64,000 nt of DNA, taken from a virus (Duplodnaviria > Heunggongvirae > Uroviricota > Caudoviricetes). A program made the position numbers and the translations under genes. Below, piece after piece: positions 9,336 through 19,230 of this stretch (positions are counted from its first letter, which is position 1; each line of letters begins with the position of its first letter). The stretch lies in the IMG/VR virus record IMGVR_UViG_3300045988_134250; one strand, 5' to 3'. The notes under the pieces are model-generated. The model searched no databases, was not told the origin of the DNA, and saw nothing but the letters and a program-made list of their open reading frames with translations.

Positions 9336-9728
9336 TTGAAAAGATTGGCTATTGCTTTACTGGCGTCTTTCCCTTTGATCGCGAGCGCCGGAAATTTACA
9401 AGTTAAGTGCGGTAGGTTTGATATAAAAATCTATCCAGATGCCATATTTCTGAATGGGAATAAGGTTGATAACGCACACCGAAAAACTGAATCTGACGTA
9501 ATGAGCTATGTGTTCCAGGAGTATGCGGAGATGGGGGGAACTTACACGCTGTACTCGCTGGATGTTCCTTCTCGCGGTGATATGACATTATCCCATCAAT
9601 GGCAGAACGCCGATGGCGAAGCTCTGCGCGAGGTTAAAACAGAAAAATGTGGCACTTTCCATTCTTTTAAAGGGAAAGCGCCAAATGTTAAATCTGTGCT
9701 TGAAAAACAGCGCGCAGGTGAGCTTTAA
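9336..9728 (+). CDS. Putative secreted or periplasmic protein
   Basis: 130 aa; signal peptide MKRLAIALLASFPLIASAGN; convergent overlap with the minus-strand gene at 9725. Confidence 0.5.
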   Translation: MKRLAIALLASFPLIASAGNLQVKCGRFDIKIYPDAIFLNGNKVDNAHRKTESDVMSYVFQEYAEMGGTYTLYSLDVPSRGDMTLSHQWQNADGEALREVKTEKCGTFHSFKGKAPNVKSVLEKQRAGEL

Positions 9729-10036
9729 ACACCTTTAACCACGGAGATGCCGTTCCCTGCACGATAGCGGCGGGGAACGGAATTCTCCATCAGGTCACGA
9801 ATTACTCCCGCCTCATGTAGTTCCTCTGTTTCCCAGTATCTGTTTGTCACCAGATCGAGGCTGGCTATGACCTTGTGCCGGTCATTAGGCATAGCCAATT
9901 TTTCTGCTATAACCATCAGTGAAAACTCTTCATCCAGTAGGATTTGATACCAGACTTTTGACAGTTCCAACTCTCTAATGAGGGTGAAGCGCCGCTCAAG
10001 TGTGGCGGCAGAATAAGTGAAATCTATTTTTTTCAT
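9725..10036 (-). CDS. Hypothetical protein downstream of the Rha-like gene
   Basis: 103 aa ORF. Confidence 0.4.
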   Translation of the reverse strand: MKKIDFTYSAATLERRFTLIRELELSKVWYQILLDEEFSLMVIAEKLAMPNDRHKVIASLDLVTNRYWETEELHEAGVIRDLMENSVPRRYRAGNGISVVKGV

Positions 10037-10095
10037 CGTGCGGATAATCCGATTATTTGGCAGTTAAATCCCCGGCGTCGCCGGGGATGCAGCAT

Positions 10096-11037
10096 TTAAC
10101 TAACAATCCAGTCCATAGCAATAACATCCTCTGGAGCTAAATCAATAGCATGGATTTTCCCGTCACGGATGGTGCGCCAGTGCTTTCGTGATCCACCTTC
10201 GGGCCACACCCATATACCTTCAGGCCAGGAAGAACGACGACACACTGTTGCGTATCCAGTCCTGATCTTCTCTCTGGCGGTATGTAGTGACAGATTATCC
10301 TTTGGGCTTTCAGGCACAGGATGGTGGATTGCCTGAAACATCCCCATCTTTGGATGATACCAGCGTTTATTGCGTGGTTCTGCCTCCGACATCACCTGCT
10401 TAAAGGCTTTCCGGAAGGGGGCAAGGGCCACAATGGAGCGTCGCGCAAGCAAGCCATCGGGGGTCAAAAACTCATGTGTATCGGTGGGAATCCGGTAAGC
10501 GTTGACAAGGTTACGGCATTTGGCTTCAGTCAGGCCACATTTCGCCGCCAGCTGGCGGTAGCCAATGTAGCCTTCCGGCATATTGCCTTTCTTGATTTGC
10601 TCAACGGTTTCAGCGACCCTGGACACTTGTGCCGATACCTCGGCTACCTGGGCATTTACGGCGTTGATCCGGCGTTCATGCTCAAGATGCATTTGCGCCA
10701 TTTCAGCCAGGATTTCGGCTTTTGATTTTAACTGTACCCGGGCATTCTCCAGTTCGCGCCAGCGGTCCACCAGCCGGGCGGTAAATTCGGGAGAGAGCTG
10801 CGCGACGACGACAATACTATCGCGCTTGCCTTGTTCGCCTTCGAAGAAATAGGCTTTTGTGTATTTATTAGGGCTAAGTGATTGATTATTCTCAACTGTA
10901 GCCAATGGCGTATGTTGGATAACTCCTTTAGCAACAAGTCTTTCGATGCTGCGTTTAACATCAGAGTGACGACTTCCCACCAGTTCCGCGATCTCAATAC
11001 TGGTCATTGTCGCTTTTTGAGAGATGGACAGATTCAT
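10096..11037 (-). CDS. Rha-family phage regulatory protein (antirepressor-like) with a C-terminal W-rich small domain
   Basis: N-terminus MTSIEIAELVGSRHSDVKRSIERLVAKG typical of Rha; C-terminus REKIRTGYATVCRRSSWPEGIWVWP...EDVIAMDWIVS shares the motif of ORFs 27497-27937, 35584-36159 and 49844-50044. Confidence 0.75.
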   Translation of the reverse strand: MNLSISQKATMTSIEIAELVGSRHSDVKRSIERLVAKGVIQHTPLATVENNQSLSPNKYTKAYFFEGEQGKRDSIVVVAQLSPEFTARLVDRWRELENARVQLKSKAEILAEMAQMHLEHERRINAVNAQVAEVSAQVSRVAETVEQIKKGNMPEGYIGYRQLAAKCGLTEAKCRNLVNAYRIPTDTHEFLTPDGLLARRSIVALAPFRKAFKQVMSEAEPRNKRWYHPKMGMFQAIHHPVPESPKDNLSLHTAREKIRTGYATVCRRSSWPEGIWVWPEGGSRKHWRTIRDGKIHAIDLAPEDVIAMDWIVS

Positions 11038-11252
11038 CAGTGCACCTCCACGCAGTTCATCGGCAGATTCCAGTAATTGAGGATCTCCATCGCATCAAGA
11101 GTGAAGCGAGCAGCAAAAATGCAGGGTTCTTCGGGAAGGTATGAGCGCGCCTCTGCTTCGGTAGCAGCCATGACGCAGATATACAGGTGTTTTTGGCAGG
11201 AATAGAAACGCCAGATAAATTCAGAATGAGTTGGGGTAGGGATAGTAGCCAT
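11037..11252 (-). CDS. Small protein preceding the Rha gene; paralog of 50748-50972
   Basis: 71 aa; shares SEFIWRFYSCQK / AATEAEARS with the 74 aa ORF upstream of the second Rha gene. Confidence 0.5.
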   Translation of the reverse strand: MATIPTPTHSEFIWRFYSCQKHLYICVMAATEAEARSYLPEEPCIFAARFTLDAMEILNYWNLPMNCVEVH

Positions 11253-12063
11253 ATTGGCAGCCTCCTTTGACTAAGTTAAGGAGCTACCGCGTGAGGTTCC
11301 AATCTCAATGGCGGTAGCACTGACTGGGTTGGAACTACCGGCGTCAAAGGGAACCGGCCTGCCTTTCGGCAGCCCAGCCAGCACTACCATTGATCTCTGA
11401 GCTAAACGCTAAGTATGGCTGTGCGATGGCATGACACAAAAAAAGACGCGTTCGGCGTCTGTGTCGCCTTTGACATTATCCGGGGTTCCAATCCCGGCAC
11501 CCGTTTTTCTAAGGTGCCGTAGAAATATACCCCACGATAATGCCAGGGCGCAACAGTCAGTATTTTATGCTTTGGCGGATTTCTTCCTGACTTGCTTGCA
11601 GGCGTAGGCCATTGCTTTAGCTTTCACTTCATCCAGCTTCCCGGTGATCACTTCTTTTCCGAGAGTGACAAACCAGTCATAGCAACCGCCAGTAATGTTC
11701 TTGATTTGAAAGTTGAGGTAGCGAACAGTCATTTTGACACCCCCGGCGCGAGCAAAGAATGCAGATTATCGCGTGAGTGGTGGAAGACGAGTGATGGGAA
11801 AAGACTGTAGTTGTTCATAGTGTTGTGACTCCTTGCTTTCGGAGCCGCCATCGACTGTTCCACGGTCTGGTGGCGGCGCAATAAAGGCTGGAACACCGTG
11901 AGTCAACGGGGGCTTTTCAGCCACCTATATTGCACCGCCATAGGTATGGCGGAGGCAATAATACGAAAAACTAAACAGTTTGTCTCAAAAAGTTGACCGG
12001 TGTGCCAATCGGTAGTGAATGTACATCGGAGAGTTTTTCAATTCAACTTAAAATGTTAGAAAA

Positions 12064-12642
12064 CTAATTTATCAACTCAATCGCCATCTGATACAACGTC
12101 ATTTCATCGGCATTGTGCCGCATGAAATCTGCTTTTCCGCCTATTTTTCCGTCAGCATGAACAGGGACCAGCCAGGGATATTGTTCTCTGACCTCGGCTG
12201 GCGCTGCGTACTGGTGGTGCCATTTACACAAAGGGAGGACATATTTATGCGCGTTCTCTGCCGTTCTCCCGAAGATATGGTGCAGGGATACCACTGGGCT
12301 ATGTTGCCCGTGAATATGGCAGGCAATGCAGGGGAGAGCACCGATAGCGGTCTGTATCCGGCGTTCATCGGCTGTGAGTGATCTGCCTTTCAGGCCGCGT
12401 GACGTGCGTGTTTTTTTGGACGGAGCGGATACAGCTTTATCTTTTCTCCGCTGTTCATATTGCTTTGCTTTTTCAATTTTCTTTTGCCGATATTCAGGCG
12501 ATGCGGCTTTTTCTCTCGCTCGCTGCTGCTGGCGTTGAGCTTGTTGAAGGCGCTTTGCCCTTTGTTCCTCTCGCCAGGCCGGGTCAGCCAATTTTTGCAT
12601 GGCTTTTTGTCTCTGTTTCTCCCAATAACTCTGTTTCTGCAT
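12064..12642 (-). CDS. ref: Ref-like HNH endonuclease (recombination enhancement function family)
   Basis: 192 aa; Lys/Arg/Gln-rich N-terminus then CIACHIHGQHSPVVSLHHIFGR...LPLCKWHH, an HNH-type Cys/His cluster as in P1 Ref. Confidence 0.65.
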   Translation of the reverse strand: MQKQSYWEKQRQKAMQKLADPAWREEQRAKRLQQAQRQQQRAREKAASPEYRQKKIEKAKQYEQRRKDKAVSAPSKKTRTSRGLKGRSLTADERRIQTAIGALPCIACHIHGQHSPVVSLHHIFGRTAENAHKYVLPLCKWHHQYAAPAEVREQYPWLVPVHADGKIGGKADFMRHNADEMTLYQMAIELIN

Positions 12643-12914
12643 GATGGCAGTCTCTTACTTTTCAACGATTTTTCTATGATTGATCAAAATGGTTAGATAT
12701 TCAAAATTGATTTTCTAACACAAAACATTAATATCATTCCTGATAACTGTTTGGAGGACATGATGCTTATAGCTTTAAGTGCGATCCACCAGCCATCTGT
12801 GAATGAGATTGGCCTGTTCTATGTGTTGTTTTTCGGGGCGTTGGCGCTACTTGAGCTTGGTATTGAGCTTTTCGCAGTGCTTATGTTTTGCGTCACGATT
12901 CTGGGGAAATTTTG

Positions 12915-13526
12915 ATGGTGAAACGTGTTTTGAAAATTTACATCGCGGGGCCGATGACTGGTTATCCAGATTACAACCGTGCGGCGTTTAATGCGAAAGC
13001 GAGCGAGTTGATGGCTGAAGGGCATATCGTTCTGAATCCAGCTATGTTACCTGGTGGCCTTTGTCAGAGTGAATACATGGATATTTGCCTGGCAATGGTG
13101 CGTTCTGCTGATGCGATCTACTTGCTCAATCGATGGGAAGAATCGGTTGGTGCTCGCGCAGAGCACGCGCTGGCTGAAAAGCTGGGGCTGACTGTAATTT
13201 ATGAGTCACCAACCAACATTGAATGCCAGGTTGCTCCGCATATTTACCGGGAACTGGTCAATGCACTGCGTGATATCGCTGCTGTATATCACGGCACAGA
13301 ACAGCTTCGTGAGCGTTTAGCCCATACCATTTCCTATTACCTGTCTTTATCTCATGAGCACAAGCTCCGCCAGAAGGTAATGATCAAATTTATCATGAGG
13401 TTATCGAAATCCCTGGCAAACGCCGATCCAAAGAATCCATTACCGAAAGAGGCAATGAATTACCTGAAGTCCTGCAACGTTGTTTCTGAAGATGGCGTTC
13501 TTTTGGTTAGAAGGAGTTCTGCGTGA
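12915..13526 (+). CDS. DUF4406-like protein (nucleoside 2-deoxyribosyltransferase-like fold)
   Basis: Start taken at internal ATG 12915 (MVKRVLKIYIAGPMTGYPDYNRAAF...); Rossmann-like IYIAGPMTG motif. Confidence 0.6.
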   Translation: MVKRVLKIYIAGPMTGYPDYNRAAFNAKASELMAEGHIVLNPAMLPGGLCQSEYMDICLAMVRSADAIYLLNRWEESVGARAEHALAEKLGLTVIYESPTNIECQVAPHIYRELVNALRDIAAVYHGTEQLRERLAHTISYYLSLSHEHKLRQKVMIKFIMRLSKSLANADPKNPLPKEAMNYLKSCNVVSEDGVLLVRRSSA

Positions 13527-13840
13527 GCTGGCGGGGATGGGGAAGGGCAGAAATCATGATACTCCGCCAGTGCGCCGGAACTATGACGGTCGAGAGTATT
13601 GGGAAGCTGATCGGTCGTACCGGTGATGCCGTCAGGACTAAAGCGCGGGAGTTGGGGATCAGCATGATTCTGAAAGGAGACTTTCATCCGTCAGCCAAAT
13701 TCCGGCAGAGCGATATAGAACTGGCGCGGCAGCTTCATCAGTGTGGTGTTCCCCGCCGTGAGATCGCGGAAAAACTCGAAATGCCCCTGGGCATGATTAA
13801 TCAGTACGTTTATTTCGAAAGGAGAGTACATGAAGTCTGA
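13523..13840 (+). CDS. Small phage protein with a probable HTH
   Basis: 105 aa; overlaps the upstream stop (translational coupling). Confidence 0.45.
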   Translation: MSWRGWGRAEIMILRQCAGTMTVESIGKLIGRTGDAVRTKARELGISMILKGDFHPSAKFRQSDIELARQLHQCGVPRREIAEKLEMPLGMINQYVYFERRVHEV

Positions 13841-14333
13841 AGGTTTAACGCCAGCACAACTGGCAGAGCGTAACGCTGAGTATGTAACGGAAATTTCCCG
13901 ACTTGAGAAAGCGTGTGCTGCGCTGGCGGCGGAGAATGCGAGACTGAATGCGATATGTGAGGATCGCCGCACGTTCATTATGAATGGCGTGCAGCTTGGC
14001 TTTATCAAGGTGCCAACAGTGGAAATAGATCCAGCTCTCGAAACAATTCGTCTCGCCCTATCACCACAAAAAACCACTCCTGCGACCGACACTTTCCTGG
14101 ATGAAGTGAAGACTGAAGCACGCAAGGAGGGCGCTTACTTTGTGGCGAACAGGATGCTGGCTGCTTGGGAAGCTGGTTTTATTGATGATACTGCGAAGAA
14201 CGCCGCGGATATTGCCCGGATGATTCTTACCTCTACTGAGTTTATGGCTAATGCGCGGGAAGGCGATTTTGACCGCTCATTCTCTGATGGCGTTCTCGAA
14301 GATATCGCCGAACAGCTTAGAAAAGGAAGGTAA
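13830..14333 (+). CDS. Ead/Ea22-like coiled-coil protein (paralog family, copy 1)
   Basis: Contains ACAALAAENARL encoded by gcggcgctggcggcggag-like DNA shared with three paralogs. Confidence 0.6.
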   Translation: MKSEGLTPAQLAERNAEYVTEISRLEKACAALAAENARLNAICEDRRTFIMNGVQLGFIKVPTVEIDPALETIRLALSPQKTTPATDTFLDEVKTEARKEGAYFVANRMLAAWEAGFIDDTAKNAADIARMILTSTEFMANAREGDFDRSFSDGVLEDIAEQLRKGR

Positions 14334-14336
14334 ACA

Positions 14337-14585
14337 GTGAGTAATACCGCACGACTACAGCTTGGTTTTTCACCGCTATCAAAAACCATCGTGTTGGCAA
14401 AAATGCGTGACTTAGGGGATGGAACAAAACGTCGTGTTGGCAATGATCGCGGTCGTGATGTAACCAACGAGGCCGCTCAACTCCTCTGGCATCTGGTCAT
14501 GGCAGAAGGCGGTGAAATTAATTGGGAGCTGGATGATGGTTCTCGCATGGTATTGAAGGCAGAAAAGCAGGAACCACCACAGTGA
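14337..14585 (+). CDS. Hypothetical small protein
   Basis: 82 aa ORF in the plus-strand early-type operon. Confidence 0.4.
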   Translation: MSNTARLQLGFSPLSKTIVLAKMRDLGDGTKRRVGNDRGRDVTNEAAQLLWHLVMAEGGEINWELDDGSRMVLKAEKQEPPQ

Positions 14586-14857
14586 ATATCGACACCACGA
14601 TAACGCTCGATACGGCCCTAAATACCGGTCTGGCACTTCTTGGTTGGCTTTACATCATGTCCCGTACCTGGCGATGGCTGGGTTCCATTTTCCTAAAAGA
14701 GTGGAAAAAACGGCGCAAACAGGAACTACGCCAGAAGGCATTAGAAGCGTTCTATGACGCATTTGAACTTAGCCGCATTGAACCAGGCACAACAGCCAGA
14801 ATAGCGACAAAAGGCGACCTGATGATAGTGATGTTCAGACAGGAGAAAACCAAATGA
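14582..14857 (+). CDS. Small membrane protein
   Basis: 91 aa; TM segment LNTGLALLGWLYIMS; start overlaps the upstream stop. Confidence 0.45.
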   Translation: MNIDTTITLDTALNTGLALLGWLYIMSRTWRWLGSIFLKEWKKRRKQELRQKALEAFYDAFELSRIEPGTTARIATKGDLMIVMFRQEKTK

Positions 14858-15078
14858 CAGAACAGACGATGACAAATCGCGAACTTGTTGATGCCGCGAT
14901 TGAACTTGCTGGCGATTTTTATTCCATGATGGGGTACACGCATCGCCCAGGCTTCAAATATTGGGAGTCTCCGCACCCGCAAGAGCAACGGGTATTTCAA
15001 ATGGCCTGCCGCGCTTTTGAAGTTATTCGCGGTTCTGATGTGATGGACGCGGTTGCTGATTTGGAGGATGAAGAGTGA
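14854..15078 (+). CDS. Hypothetical small acidic protein
   Basis: 74 aa, coupled to flanking genes. Confidence 0.4.
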   Translation: MTEQTMTNRELVDAAIELAGDFYSMMGYTHRPGFKYWESPHPQEQRVFQMACRAFEVIRGSDVMDAVADLEDEE

Positions 15079-15386
15079 ACACAATTAAAGAAATGCCGGT
15101 AGAACGTGATGAATATGGCTGCTGGACACATCCGGAGTATGAGAAGTTTTGCGCAGGTCGTGAATATATTTCCACTGAGGAATTTGACGCCTGGATGAAG
15201 GAAAATAATCTTCAGTGGACTATTCGCAGTATGGATGAAGATGATTTTGATCTGGACGCAGCTGGTCCCGATATTGCCGCCTGGGAACCGGAGCGACCAG
15301 AGGGTGAAGGCTGGTTTGTTGGCTCTATTCATGACACTGAAGATGGTCCGGTTTGTATCTGGCTGCGTGAGAAGGTTGCCGCATGA
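15075..15386 (+). CDS. Hypothetical small acidic protein
   Basis: 103 aa, coupled. Confidence 0.4.
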   Translation: MNTIKEMPVERDEYGCWTHPEYEKFCAGREYISTEEFDAWMKENNLQWTIRSMDEDDFDLDAAGPDIAAWEPERPEGEGWFVGSIHDTEDGPVCIWLREKVAA

Positions 15387-16075
15387 CCCAGGCTCTGCAT
15401 GAAGTGAATTTATATAGCCGTATTGATGGTTCTGGCTATAGAAACATATGGGTTGTTGGTGATCTGCATGGTTGCTACACCAGACTGATGTCCGAACTCC
15501 ATCGTGTGGATTTTGACCCGGCGCAGGATTTACTGATATCGGTTGGCGACCTTATCGATCGCGGTACTGAAAATGTCGAATGTCTGGAACTATTGCAGAT
15601 GCCCTGGTTCAGGGCAGTAATGGGGAACCATGAGCGGTTGATGCTTGATGCGTTAAGTCCTGATGGCAACGTGAATAACTGGCTAATGAATGGCGGACAA
15701 TGGTTCTTCATGCTGGACACTGATCAGGAAATATTAGCCAAGGCGCTGGTGGAGCTGGTAAAGCGTCTGCCATATATCATTGAGTTGAACACCGGGCATG
15801 AAACTATCGTTATAGCCCATGCCGACTATCCAGGTGGAGAGTACCAGTTCGGTAAGGATGTGTCGCTTTTTGATGTTGTCTGGTCGCGCAGTCGCGTCGG
15901 TGATTCGATAGATGGCATTGGTGGAGAAATCACAGGCGCAGATCGCTTTATCTTTGGGCACACACCGGTACGAAGACCAAAAGCATACTGGAATCAGCAC
16001 TACATAGACACGGGCGCGGTTTTTAGCGGAAATCTGACGCTAATGCAGGTGAAGGGAGGGCAGCTTAAAGTCTGA
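15383..16075 (+). CDS. Ser/Thr protein phosphatase, lambda-PPase / calcineurin-like metallophosphoesterase
   Basis: 230 aa; GDLHGCY, GDLIDRG and GNHE motifs; equivalent of the P1 ppp-type gene. Confidence 0.8.
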   Translation: MTQALHEVNLYSRIDGSGYRNIWVVGDLHGCYTRLMSELHRVDFDPAQDLLISVGDLIDRGTENVECLELLQMPWFRAVMGNHERLMLDALSPDGNVNNWLMNGGQWFFMLDTDQEILAKALVELVKRLPYIIELNTGHETIVIAHADYPGGEYQFGKDVSLFDVVWSRSRVGDSIDGIGGEITGADRFIFGHTPVRRPKAYWNQHYIDTGAVFSGNLTLMQVKGGQLKV

Positions 16076-16173
16076 TCAAATCATTTACGCACTCAAAATT
16101 ACGTTAGAACATTGATTTTAGTTTTCTAACATATTATTTTACCGATCGGAACAAAACAGAGTCGGTATGCATT

Positions 16174-17169
16174 ATGAGTGCAATAATCACCCCATATGTC
16201 GTAAATGAAACTGGTGTGGCTGTCTTTCCTGTAGATAAGCCCACCAGCAATTACATCGGCGCAGGACGCCGTTTTCTTATATCCCCATTGCCGCGTGAAC
16301 AGGCTGAAAACACCCCTGATGGTGTCGTTGACCTGAATTATTCACTGGTTGCCAACCAGTCACTGGCACCCTTTTTTCAAAGTGAGCGCGTATTTAACGC
16401 GTTAGGTGGTGAGGATTCTCTCGTTCACTGGGTTAGCACCAACATTCACGATTGCCAGGTGCATGATAAGCGCGATTGCAGCCACCAGCTAACCACCCAT
16501 TTCTATAACGGTTCTGCCGTTCGCCTGTGCTGGAAGCATGATGCGGAATACATGATGAAGGGATACGGCAAGCTGGAAGACCAACTGTCACTGAATCGCG
16601 CCAACTGGATTATGAACTGGGCTGCCAGCGAGTTAAAACTTCCGCCAGATCGCGATCTGAGCATGGTTGAACTCACCTTTTGGGCCATTCGCCGGAATCT
16701 TAAAGACGAACTGCCTGATGAAGCTGGTCGCATTGCATTTTGTCAGCCAAAAACTGAAATCCCTACCGGCACTCTGAAAGAGTCGGATATTACTTGGGAG
16801 CATAGTACCCGCGAGCTGGTGGATATTTCCGCAGAGCAGATCGTCAATCTGTCCGTCGATGAAGATTCTGGCCTCCTATATATGCGCCGTCCAAAAACCT
16901 TACTCGGAAAAAGCCCGGCTTATCTCCGGTTTGTGGTGTCTCGCCCGTGTGTAGGCTGCGGCGGCAAGGTTAATCACCCATTCATGTACCGCGCCCGCTC
17001 GTTAAACGAACACGACCGCTGGACTGTTCCTCTTTGCGATGACTGCGCCAGAAGCGCAGAAAACGATGTCCGGGCATGGGAAAAAGCACATGGCATACGC
17101 CTTTACGTAGCCGCTAACCAGCTTTTCGACTTCGCCATTGAGCGCGGAGTGATCACGTTCAATAACTGA
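16174..17169 (+). CDS. Hypothetical protein with C-terminal zinc-ribbon-like Cys cluster
   Basis: 331 aa; CVGCGG...CDDCARS; palindromic GTTAGAAC...TTCTAACA site about 40 nt upstream. Confidence 0.5.
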   Translation: MSAIITPYVVNETGVAVFPVDKPTSNYIGAGRRFLISPLPREQAENTPDGVVDLNYSLVANQSLAPFFQSERVFNALGGEDSLVHWVSTNIHDCQVHDKRDCSHQLTTHFYNGSAVRLCWKHDAEYMMKGYGKLEDQLSLNRANWIMNWAASELKLPPDRDLSMVELTFWAIRRNLKDELPDEAGRIAFCQPKTEIPTGTLKESDITWEHSTRELVDISAEQIVNLSVDEDSGLLYMRRPKTLLGKSPAYLRFVVSRPCVGCGGKVNHPFMYRARSLNEHDRWTVPLCDDCARSAENDVRAWEKAHGIRLYVAANQLFDFAIERGVITFNN

Positions 17170-17182
17170 TGGGAGCAATGCA

Positions 17183-17476
17183 ATGAGTCAAGGTAATGGT
17201 GACGGAGCTGCAAAGTGCAGAATCTCCACTTGTTTGATTAATGACAAAAAAATAGAACCGTGCGCGGCGTTGGCACAATCTCTGGAGCAGGATGCTGAAT
17301 ACACGACGCGGAAAGGTCTGCTGAAATACAAAATCTATAACCATGAATTAATTCATTCACAAGACCTGATCATGCTGCGGTCTGGTGAATTTTCTAAATC
17401 GCCTATTCGAGTTTCATTTTGCCCATTCTGTGGTGAAAGTCTGAAAACGTGGGAAGCGGAGGCAACCAGTGAATAA
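17183..17476 (+). CDS. Small protein with CxxC motif
   Basis: 97 aa; FCPFCGESL. Confidence 0.4.
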   Translation: MSQGNGDGAAKCRISTCLINDKKIEPCAALAQSLEQDAEYTTRKGLLKYKIYNHELIHSQDLIMLRSGEFSKSPIRVSFCPFCGESLKTWEAEATSE

Positions 17477-18113
17477 CCGCTTTTACATGATGTGCTTGCG
17501 TGAAACTGTGGGTAATAACGCCTCATTCCATTGCCATAACGGCAATGGTTACAGTTCTGATATCGATCGCGCTCATATTTACACGCTGGAAGAAGCCCAA
17601 AAAGCCTGGAATTGTGGGCGAGATATCGATCAGCCTGTTTGTGCCGATAGTGTGGATGCAATGGCTGTGTGGCACGTTGATTGCCAGTACATCCCTACAG
17701 AAAGCCTGATTGAGTCAGATTGCACTGAGTATGTGGCCTACAAAAAAGGTAGCTGGAACGGCAACGATGTTTACTGGCTTCAACACGGTGGATTGCCAAC
17801 AGATGACTTCAGTAAAGCGACCATCTTTAGCTTCGCCAACAAAAACGAACCAGGAATAGTTTGGTTGCCATTTTCCATTGCTGATGCAGCAAAGCGCCGG
17901 ACGTTCAATATCAATAACTTTAACCGCAGAACAATGGTTCAGGGCGCAGGTTTGGTCATGCCTGACTGGTTGAAAGAGCAGAACAGAAGAAAGAAGTCGC
18001 GAAGCGGGAAGGTGCGTTGGAATTGTCCGCATTGCGGAAAAATAACCTGGCAGTACAGCCCATATGATTTTGAAGGCTGTCGTGATTACAACTGTGAAGG
18101 ATGGCGAGAATGA
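17469..18113 (+). CDS. Hypothetical Cys-rich protein
   Basis: 214 aa; C-terminal CPHCGKITWQYSPYDFEGCRDYNCEGW. Confidence 0.45.
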   Translation: MNNRFYMMCLRETVGNNASFHCHNGNGYSSDIDRAHIYTLEEAQKAWNCGRDIDQPVCADSVDAMAVWHVDCQYIPTESLIESDCTEYVAYKKGSWNGNDVYWLQHGGLPTDDFSKATIFSFANKNEPGIVWLPFSIADAAKRRTFNINNFNRRTMVQGAGLVMPDWLKEQNRRKKSRSGKVRWNCPHCGKITWQYSPYDFEGCRDYNCEGWRE

Positions 18114-18823
18114 CAATTGACTATCAGGTACTGCGTGAGGCGGCAGAAAAGGCAACACCAGACGAATGGGTCGCATTTATTTCGACGGATACTGGTACTT
18201 ATGCGGTGCACACGCCCGGTGATGAACGATGTGAAGACGTTATCAAATGGACCGGCTTTGATGGACAGAAAAATGCAGAGAACAACGCTCGTTATGTTGC
18301 CGCGTTCAACCCAAAGGTTGCACTGGAGCTTCTTGGTGAAATTAAGCGCCTGGAGGACACAAATATTGATGCTATGTGTCGAATTGCAGAGCTTGAGACT
18401 AATCTCGCGGCGCTGGCGGCGGAGAATGAACTGGCTCGTAAGGCAGTTCAGGCATTCTGCGATGTTGTTGGCGACAACACCGAGGTTATCGCTGAGGAGG
18501 TTGGGCGAGATGGCGTTCTGGTTATTTTGGAGGCCATGAAGGCAACAGGAAATATGCCAGCCACCGATGCTTTTCTGGCTGAAATTCGTGCGGAAGCACG
18601 CAACGAGGGAGTTAACTATACCGCCAGCCGTCTTGCTGCTGCGTTCAATCACGGATTTATCAATAAGTCTTTGCGTGAAGTTTTCGACGTTACACGCATG
18701 ATTTTGTCAGCGAAAGAAGAGTTGGCTAATGAAGCGCATCCGATTGATGGCCTGTCTGGTGAATATGCGGAGAAATCCCTTGAAGAATGGGCGGAACAGA
18801 TTCGCAAAGGAGCTGACAAGTGA
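18101..18823 (+). CDS. Ead/Ea22-like protein (paralog family, copy 2)
   Basis: 240 aa; LAALAAENELARKA motif; N-terminus YQVLREAAEKATPDEW shared with ORF 19759. Confidence 0.6.
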   Translation: MARMTIDYQVLREAAEKATPDEWVAFISTDTGTYAVHTPGDERCEDVIKWTGFDGQKNAENNARYVAAFNPKVALELLGEIKRLEDTNIDAMCRIAELETNLAALAAENELARKAVQAFCDVVGDNTEVIAEEVGRDGVLVILEAMKATGNMPATDAFLAEIRAEARNEGVNYTASRLAAAFNHGFINKSLREVFDVTRMILSAKEELANEAHPIDGLSGEYAEKSLEEWAEQIRKGADK

Positions 18824-19230
18824 AGAAGATGATTTTTATCGCGGCATTGTTGGTGAATATCCAACAAGTGCATGCTTCAGCAGCTATTGTAGCCTCTACC
18901 GCCGCGACTACGGCTGCTGTAGCTGCTGCGAACTCTGCGAATATCGCAAACCAACAGGCACAGCGTGCTGCTAATGCATCAGCCAGCGTTCACTCAATCA
19001 CCATTAAGAGCAGTAAGCAAAATCTGGGATTCATAACGTGCGGCACGCGTTCTAATGAAGCTGTAGGTTCACTTGGATGTACGGTATATGGGGGTAGTGA
19101 GAATAGAGAAATTCCATGGAAAACGTGGCCCGGATACGTTCTTGGCTCGAAGCTCCCGGCCAGTTATGAAGTAAACGCCGTATCGTTTGATCACTATAAC
19201 GGCGTGGCAACGGTCTATTTTGCATATTGA
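18820..19230 (+). CDS. Putative secreted small protein
   Basis: 136 aa; signal peptide MKKMIFIAALLVNIQQVHASAA then Ala/Thr-rich stretch. Confidence 0.45.
   Translation: MKKMIFIAALLVNIQQVHASAAIVASTAATTAAVAAANSANIANQQAQRAANASASVHSITIKSSKQNLGFITCGTRSNEAVGSLGCTVYGGSENREIPWKTWPGYVLGSKLPASYEVNAVSFDHYNGVATVYFAY

Noticed and set aside
11575-11742. A 55-aa minus-strand ORF (MTVRYLNFQIKNITGGCYDWFVTLGKEVITGKLDEVKAKAMAYACKQVRKKSAKA) between ref and the Rha module
   Set aside because: Plausible small phage gene, but it has no clear ribosome-binding site and no recognisable motif; not reported as a feature.
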